Below are positions 59,172-64,000 of a stretch of 64,000 nt of DNA, in pieces. The notes under the pieces are model-generated. The model was not told the DNA's origin, made no database searches, and was given only the letters and a program-made list of their open reading frames with translations. A program made the translations under genes and the position numbers. Positions within the stretch are counted from its first letter, which is position 1; the number at the start of each line of letters is the position of its first letter. Source of the stretch: Fidelibacterota bacterium (GTDB lineage: Bacteria; Fidelibacterota; UBA2242); assembly GCA_049975265.1 (NCBI GenBank), contig JBNGDF010000011.1:1-64000 (forward strand). The letters run 5' to 3'.

Positions 59172-60512
59172 ATGCATTATATTCCAAACACCCGGGAAAC
59201 TGAACAGGAAATTCTACAAGCGATCGGTGTCGAAACATTTGAGGATTTACTGGTCAATATTCCGCCAAAATTTCTGAAAAAATGCCGCATCCGGTTGCCT
59301 GAACCTCTCTCCGAAATAGAGGCGACCAGCAAGATCAGCGCCATGGCAGCAAGAAACCGCAATACTGCTGAAACGATCTCTTTTCTGGGGGGCGGTAGTT
59401 ATGATCATTTTATCCCGGCGGCGGTGGATTTTTTAATCAGCCGCTCGGAATTTTATACGGCTTATACGCCTTATCAGCCGGAGGTGGCACAGGGTACACT
59501 GCAGTCCGTTTATGAATATCAATCGATGGTCTGTCATCTTCTGGATATGGAGGTGGCGAATGCCTCGATGTATGACGGTGCGACGGCGCTGGCAGAAGCC
59601 GCTATTCTGGCGACGGGGAAAACGGGACGTAATAAGGTTTTGGTATCGGAGCTGATCAATGCCAATTCGCTGAAAGTGCTGGAAACCTACCTGCGTACCC
59701 GGGAGATCGAAATTCAGTATCTGCCGGAATCCACTGGTCGGACGATGCTGGAGAATCTGGAGAGTCGTTTGGATGAGGATGTGGCAGCGCTGCTGGTTCA
59801 GACACCAAATTTTCTCGGCAATATTGAAGATTTGAACGGAATTGCCGACATCCTTCACGCCAACAATTCACTGCTGATTATGTCAGTCAATCCATTGGCA
59901 GCGGTGCTGCTGCAGACGCCTGGCGAGCTGGATGCCGATATTGCCGTAGCGGAAGGGCAGCCTCTGGGATTGCATCAATCCTTTGGCGGTCCCTATCTGG
60001 GCATTTTTGCCGCAAAAAAAGACCTCATACGAAGCATGCCTGGACGGATTGTGGGTGAGACCGTGGATGTAGATGGGAAGCGCGGTTATGTGCTGGTCCT
60101 GCAGACCCGGGAGCAGCATATCCGGCGGGAAAAAGCCACATCCAATATCTGCACCAATCAGGGCTTAATGGCACTGACGGCGGCGATCTATATGGCTCTC
60201 ATGGGGAAAAATGGTCTCAGGCAGGTCGCCGGATTGTGTCTCAAAAATGCGCATTATCTGGCGGAAAAAATCGCCGCTTTACCGAATTATTCACTGGTTT
60301 ACGAATCGCTGCCGTTTTTTAATGAGTTCGTAATTCAGACACCGGTGCCGGCAAAGCAGATTGTAGCGGCTGGTCTGGAAAATCGCTTTTTTGCCGGCAT
60401 CAGCCTGGGTAAATTCCGGGAGGATTGGGAAAACCGTCTTTTGATTGCCGTCACAGAAAAACGCAGCTTGCAAGAAATGGATGATTTTATCAAATTTTTA
60501 ACTAAATTTTGA
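59172..60512 (+). CDS. gcvPA: Glycine dehydrogenase subunit 1
   Basis: FLGGG.YDH, EFYTAYTPYQPEVAQGTLQ, NASMYDG, QTREQHIRREKATSNICTN. Confidence 0.95.
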   Translation: MHYIPNTRETEQEILQAIGVETFEDLLVNIPPKFLKKCRIRLPEPLSEIEATSKISAMAARNRNTAETISFLGGGSYDHFIPAAVDFLISRSEFYTAYTPYQPEVAQGTLQSVYEYQSMVCHLLDMEVANASMYDGATALAEAAILATGKTGRNKVLVSELINANSLKVLETYLRTREIEIQYLPESTGRTMLENLESRLDEDVAALLVQTPNFLGNIEDLNGIADILHANNSLLIMSVNPLAAVLLQTPGELDADIAVAEGQPLGLHQSFGGPYLGIFAAKKDLIRSMPGRIVGETVDVDGKRGYVLVLQTREQHIRREKATSNICTNQGLMALTAAIYMALMGKNGLRQVAGLCLKNAHYLAEKIAALPNYSLVYESLPFFNEFVIQTPVPAKQIVAAGLENRFFAGISLGKFREDWENRLLIAVTEKRSLQEMDDFIKFLTKF

Positions 60513-60517
60513 CCGGT

Positions 60518-61270
60518 ATGAAAGTATTCGAAAATCTAAAGGCTGCAGCGGCAAAAAGGGGCGGAGCATATTTTGTGCTCATTGATCCCGATACCCGCAA
60601 GGGAGCCGATCTGCAGGATTTTGTCAAAGAGGTTTGTGACCAGGGCGCCGATGCAATCTTAGTGGGTGGCAGTTTGATTCTCGATGCCGGTTTTCAGAGC
60701 GCCATAGAACAGGTTTGTGAGCAGAGCAGTCTGCCGGTAATCATTTTTCCGGGGTCAGTGCAGCAGCTCTCTCCCCGTGCCGATGCGGTGTTATATCTGT
60801 CATTGATCAGCGGCAGGAATCCCTATTATCTGTTCGGGGAGCACATCATTGCGGCGCCGATGATCCGAAAACTGGGCATTGAACCGATCTCCACCGGTTA
60901 TATGCTATTTGAATCGGGACGGACGACGACGGCGGAATTCATGAGCAATACTCGTCCGCTGCCGGTGGGAAAACCCGAAATCGCCATGGCGCATGCTCTG
61001 GCAGCCCAGTATATGGGGATGCAGACCGTTTATCTGGAAGCCGGCAGTGGTGCCGACCGCTCTGTTCCGGCTGATCTGGTACAGGCGATCAGTCACTACA
61101 TTGATATTCCGGTGATCGTTGGGGGCGGGATTCGTACACCCGATGATGCCCGTTCGAAAATCGAAGCCGGGGCAACCTTTATTGTCACCGGAAATATTTA
61201 CGACAATTCCGATAATATTAAACGTATCAATGAGTTTGCCCGGGCTGTTCATATTAAGGAAAATCCCTAG
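60518..61270 (+). CDS. Geranylgeranylglyceryl/heptaprenylglyceryl phosphate synthase (group II-like)
   Basis: LIDPD, ILVGGS, IIFPG, LSLISGRNP, STGY, YLEAGSGA, VGGGIR, IVTGN. Confidence 0.88.
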   Translation: MKVFENLKAAAAKRGGAYFVLIDPDTRKGADLQDFVKEVCDQGADAILVGGSLILDAGFQSAIEQVCEQSSLPVIIFPGSVQQLSPRADAVLYLSLISGRNPYYLFGEHIIAAPMIRKLGIEPISTGYMLFESGRTTTAEFMSNTRPLPVGKPEIAMAHALAAQYMGMQTVYLEAGSGADRSVPADLVQAISHYIDIPVIVGGGIRTPDDARSKIEAGATFIVTGNIYDNSDNIKRINEFARAVHIKENP

Positions 61271-61872
61271 TGTCAATACCCATTTCCCGGGACTCGATTC
61301 GATCCGTTATTGATAATCAACTCCTCGAAAGCGCTCAAATAAAAGAGAAATTGCGCGTGGAATGTTCGGAGAACATAGCCGCTGTAATTGAACTATTGAT
61401 TGAAACCGTCGCCCGGGGTGGTAAAATTTTACTGTGCGGGAATGGCGGCAGTGCGGCGGACGCCCAGCATATCGAAGCCGAACTGGTTGCCCGATTGAAA
61501 AAAGAGCGCCGGGCGATTCCGGCAATCGCCCTGACAACGAACAGCTCGACACTGACGGCTCTGGCGAACGACTACGATTTTTCCAGAATCTTTGTCCGGC
61601 AGGTGGAAGCCTTCGGTGCCACTGATGATGTCCTGATCGGCATCAGCACCAGCGGGAACTCTCAAAATATCATAGCCGCGCTGAAATATGCCGCCCAAAA
61701 AGGGCTGAAAACCATCGCACTGACCGGCGGTGACGGCGGTGCAATGACGGCAATTGCTGACCTCAGTGTGGTGGTACCATCGAAGAATACCCAGCGGATT
61801 CAGGAATGTCACATCGCCATTGCGCATATTATCTGCGACATGCTGGAGGAATCGGTCACTCAAAGCGAATGA
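61270..61872 (+). CDS. gmhA: Sedoheptulose-7-phosphate isomerase
   Basis: CGNGGSAADAQH, ANDY, RQVEA, ISTSGNS, RIQECH. Confidence 0.93.
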   Translation: MSIPISRDSIRSVIDNQLLESAQIKEKLRVECSENIAAVIELLIETVARGGKILLCGNGGSAADAQHIEAELVARLKKERRAIPAIALTTNSSTLTALANDYDFSRIFVRQVEAFGATDDVLIGISTSGNSQNIIAALKYAAQKGLKTIALTGGDGGAMTAIADLSVVVPSKNTQRIQECHIAIAHIICDMLEESVTQSE

Positions 61873-61887
61873 TAAGCAATTCTGTGA

Positions 61888-62781
61888 ATGCAATATTTAA
61901 TTCAAGATTTTATCAATTATCTTACCATAGAACGGCATCTGTCCGGCAATACTCTCGACGCTTACCGGAATGACCTGGAGCGGTATTGTCAATATCTCCA
62001 GGATGAAAATATTCATCAGCCGAATCAGATCGATATCGCTGTTATTCAGAAATTTATCAGCACCCTGGCGGAAATCGGGCTGGCAGCCAGCAGCCTCGCC
62101 CGGAACTTTTCCTCGATTCGGTCTTTTCATAGATTCCTGATGGGCGAGAATATTGTCCAGACGAATCCCACCGATCTGCTGCAATCACCGCGTCTGCCGG
62201 CGAAATTACCCAAAGTCCTGGACCTGAGTGAAATCGAAGCAATTCTGGCTGCGATTGATATTAACACCAACAAAGGTATCCGTGACCGGGCGATTATTGA
62301 GACCCTGTATTCCACCGGTGTGCGGGTTTCGGAATTGATTACCCTGGAAATGAGTAATATTTTTTTTCAGCATAATGTCATTCGTGTTTTCGGAAAAGGT
62401 TCCAAGGAACGGATTGTCCCTTTCGGCGACCGGGCGAAACGGTATCTCAAACAATATATTACGGCGGTTCGTTCATTGCTGCTGCGTCATTTCCGCAGCG
62501 GTGATGTGCTTTTTCTGAATATGCGCGGTGCGCCGCTGTCACGCATGGGAGTCTGGAAAATTATCCAGGAATATGTCAAAGCCGCCGGTATCAAAAAACA
62601 TATCAGCCCGCATGTTTTCCGGCACTCCTTTGCAACGCACCTGCTGGAGGGTGGCGCCAATCTGCGGGCGGTTCAGGAAATGCTGGGTCACTCCGATATT
62701 TCGACGACGCAAATTTATACGCATCTGGACCGGGAATACCTACTTGAACAACACCGAACCTTTCACCCGAGGTGGCAATGA
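61888..62781 (+). CDS. xerD: Tyrosine recombinase XerD
   Basis: RDRA..ETLYSTGVRVSEL, GKGSKER, PHVFRHSFATHLL.GGA.LR.VQEMLGH..ISTTQIYTH, HPR. Confidence 0.92.
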   Translation: MQYLIQDFINYLTIERHLSGNTLDAYRNDLERYCQYLQDENIHQPNQIDIAVIQKFISTLAEIGLAASSLARNFSSIRSFHRFLMGENIVQTNPTDLLQSPRLPAKLPKVLDLSEIEAILAAIDINTNKGIRDRAIIETLYSTGVRVSELITLEMSNIFFQHNVIRVFGKGSKERIVPFGDRAKRYLKQYITAVRSLLLRHFRSGDVLFLNMRGAPLSRMGVWKIIQEYVKAAGIKKHISPHVFRHSFATHLLEGGANLRAVQEMLGHSDISTTQIYTHLDREYLLEQHRTFHPRWQ

Positions 62782-63413
62782 ACCTGCAATACATCATCCT
62801 GCTCGCTCCGCCGATCTTACTGGCGCTGAGTTTTCACGAATTTTCCCACGGCTGGATGGCAAATAAACTGGGCGACCCGACGGCGAAATTAGCTGGCAGG
62901 CTTTCCATGAATCCGCTGGTGCACCTCGATCCCATCGGGACCCTGATGATTTTTCTGGTACGTTTCGGGTGGGCTCGACCGGTGCCGGTGGATCCCCGCT
63001 ATTTCAGTCAGCCGAAACGGGATATGCTGCTGGTTTCGGTTGCCGGACCGGGGGCGAACATGATATTGGCACTCCTCAGCGGTCTGTTATTGCGCCTGTT
63101 TCACGGCGGTGTTTTTGATTTTTTCCCCGATAATGTCCTGCAACCGCTCTATTTGATGGTCAAATTCAGTCTTCAGATCAATCTGGCGCTGGCGATTTTT
63201 AATCTGCTGCCGATTCCGCCGCTGGACGGGTCGAAGATTCTCTATGGGATTCTGCCGCCGCAATATGACCACGTTTTCTATAGTCTGGAACGCTACGGCG
63301 GTTTTATCCTGATGGGCTTGATTCTGTTCGGGATGTTGTCTGGAATTTCGATTCTGGGGGCCTTTATCTACCCCTTTGTAAATTTCTTTTCCGGGATCTT
63401 CGGAGGTGTGTGA
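62778..63413 (+). CDS. Site-2 protease (M50) family metalloprotease
   Basis: HEFSH, GDPTA, FGWARPVP, AGPGAN, FNLLPIPPLDG. Confidence 0.92.
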   Translation: MNLQYIILLAPPILLALSFHEFSHGWMANKLGDPTAKLAGRLSMNPLVHLDPIGTLMIFLVRFGWARPVPVDPRYFSQPKRDMLLVSVAGPGANMILALLSGLLLRLFHGGVFDFFPDNVLQPLYLMVKFSLQINLALAIFNLLPIPPLDGSKILYGILPPQYDHVFYSLERYGGFILMGLILFGMLSGISILGAFIYPFVNFFSGIFGGV

Positions 63414-63598
63414 TGAGACAGCATCAAAGACGTCCGTTCTCTGTTCGTCGGGATGAGCGGGAAGGCGATGAAAGGCGCATCCATTTTCAGCGGATCAGCC
63501 ATAATCCCAGGAAAATGGTACGCCGACCCTTCTGGTGGTTGTTGGTCCTGTTGCTGGTTGTCATTGTGGTTTTGTTGTATTTAAATAATATTCGATAA
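63413..63598 (+). CDS. Small hypothetical protein with C-terminal TM helix
   Basis: Overlaps the S2P stop, GGAGG upstream, hydrophobic C-terminus; fills the gap between co-oriented genes. Confidence 0.45.
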   Translation: MRQHQRRPFSVRRDEREGDERRIHFQRISHNPRKMVRRPFWWLLVLLLVVIVVLLYLNNIR

Positions 63599-63614
63599 AG
63601 GAAGAGGTTTGGCA

Positions 63615-64000
63615 ATGCCGGAAATTATTGAATGTGTTCCGAATTTCAGTGAAGGTCGTGATCTGAATGTGATCAACGCCATTACCGCAGCGATTCAAGC
63701 GGAAGCTGAGGTCAAATTGTTGGATGTGGACCCCGGCGCCGACACGAACCGGACGGTGGTGACATTCATCGGCACCAACGCGGGTATCCTGAACGGTGCC
63801 TTTGCCGGAATTGCCAAAGCGGCGGAGCTGATTGATATGCGCAGCCACAGCGGTGCCCATCCCCGTCTGGGCGCGACCGATGTCTGTCCGCTGGTACCCA
63901 TTTCCGGAATCAGCGAAGAGGAATGTATTCAGCTCTCCCATGCATTGGCAAAAAAGGTAGGCGAAGAGTTGCATATCCCGGTCTATCTTTATGAAAAATC
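63615..64000 (+). CDS. ftcd: Glutamate formimidoyltransferase (3' truncated by window)
   Basis: Hand translation MPEIIECVPNFSEGRD...DTNRTVVT...IDMRSHSGAHPRLGATDVCPLVP...PVYLYE. Confidence 0.92.
   Translation, partial: MPEIIECVPNFSEGRDLNVINAITAAIQAEAEVKLLDVDPGADTNRTVVTFIGTNAGILNGAFAGIAKAAELIDMRSHSGAHPRLGATDVCPLVPISGISEEECIQLSHALAKKVGEELHIPVYLYEK

Noticed and set aside
61888..62781. Tyrosine recombinase as a possible integrase of a mobile element
   Set aside because: Length and motifs match chromosomal XerD; it is embedded among housekeeping genes with no att sites or cargo seen.
63561..63974. 137-aa - strand ORF at the window end
   Set aside because: Antisense to ftcd, which the ORF track missed because it runs off the window.
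1..64000. CRISPR arrays, tRNA/rRNA genes, IS transposases, prophage genes
   Set aside because: None recognised by eye; intergenic gaps are short and lack regularly spaced repeats. tRNAscan/Infernal would be needed to exclude small RNAs.

Overview
Gene-dense bacterial chromosome segment, mostly housekeeping and fermentative metabolism. The gene set suggests an anaerobic diderm, possibly of the FCB superphylum; this is inference only, from lpxH, gmhA, the efp-accB-accC-gcvH-gcvPA order, a group II GGGP synthase, PFOR, PPi-PFK and buk/ptb. Bases 1-3.9 kb are the right end of a visibly AT-richer defence island: the hsdS 3' end, an AbiEi-family antitoxin whose toxin appears reduced to a short 'MIPQ' stub, a RhuM-Fic gene and a type I hsdM. 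Next come a tex/PIN-PhoH operon, hydrolases, murQ-anmK-pgm-polyprenyl synthase-ptsH-ptsI, and a fab cluster lacking plsX. Then come a probable arginine synthetase (ArcE-like)/carbamate kinase/ndk operon, transporters, GTP-PEPCK, buk-ptb-pfp-por, two tandem coiled-coil/Cys4 paralogues (one frameshifted at a C7 run) and efp through ftcd. I recognised no rRNA, tRNA, CRISPR array, transposase or prophage. The most noteworthy leads are the toxin-less AbiE cassette inside a type I RM locus with its candidate operator, the ArcE-like/carbamate kinase pair, an archaeal-type GGGP synthase, an exported SOR-like protein with a predicted N-terminal His, a REP-like doublet, and an EF-P with a KMARGG tip. 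All family assignments are by eye from motifs; no database searches were run.
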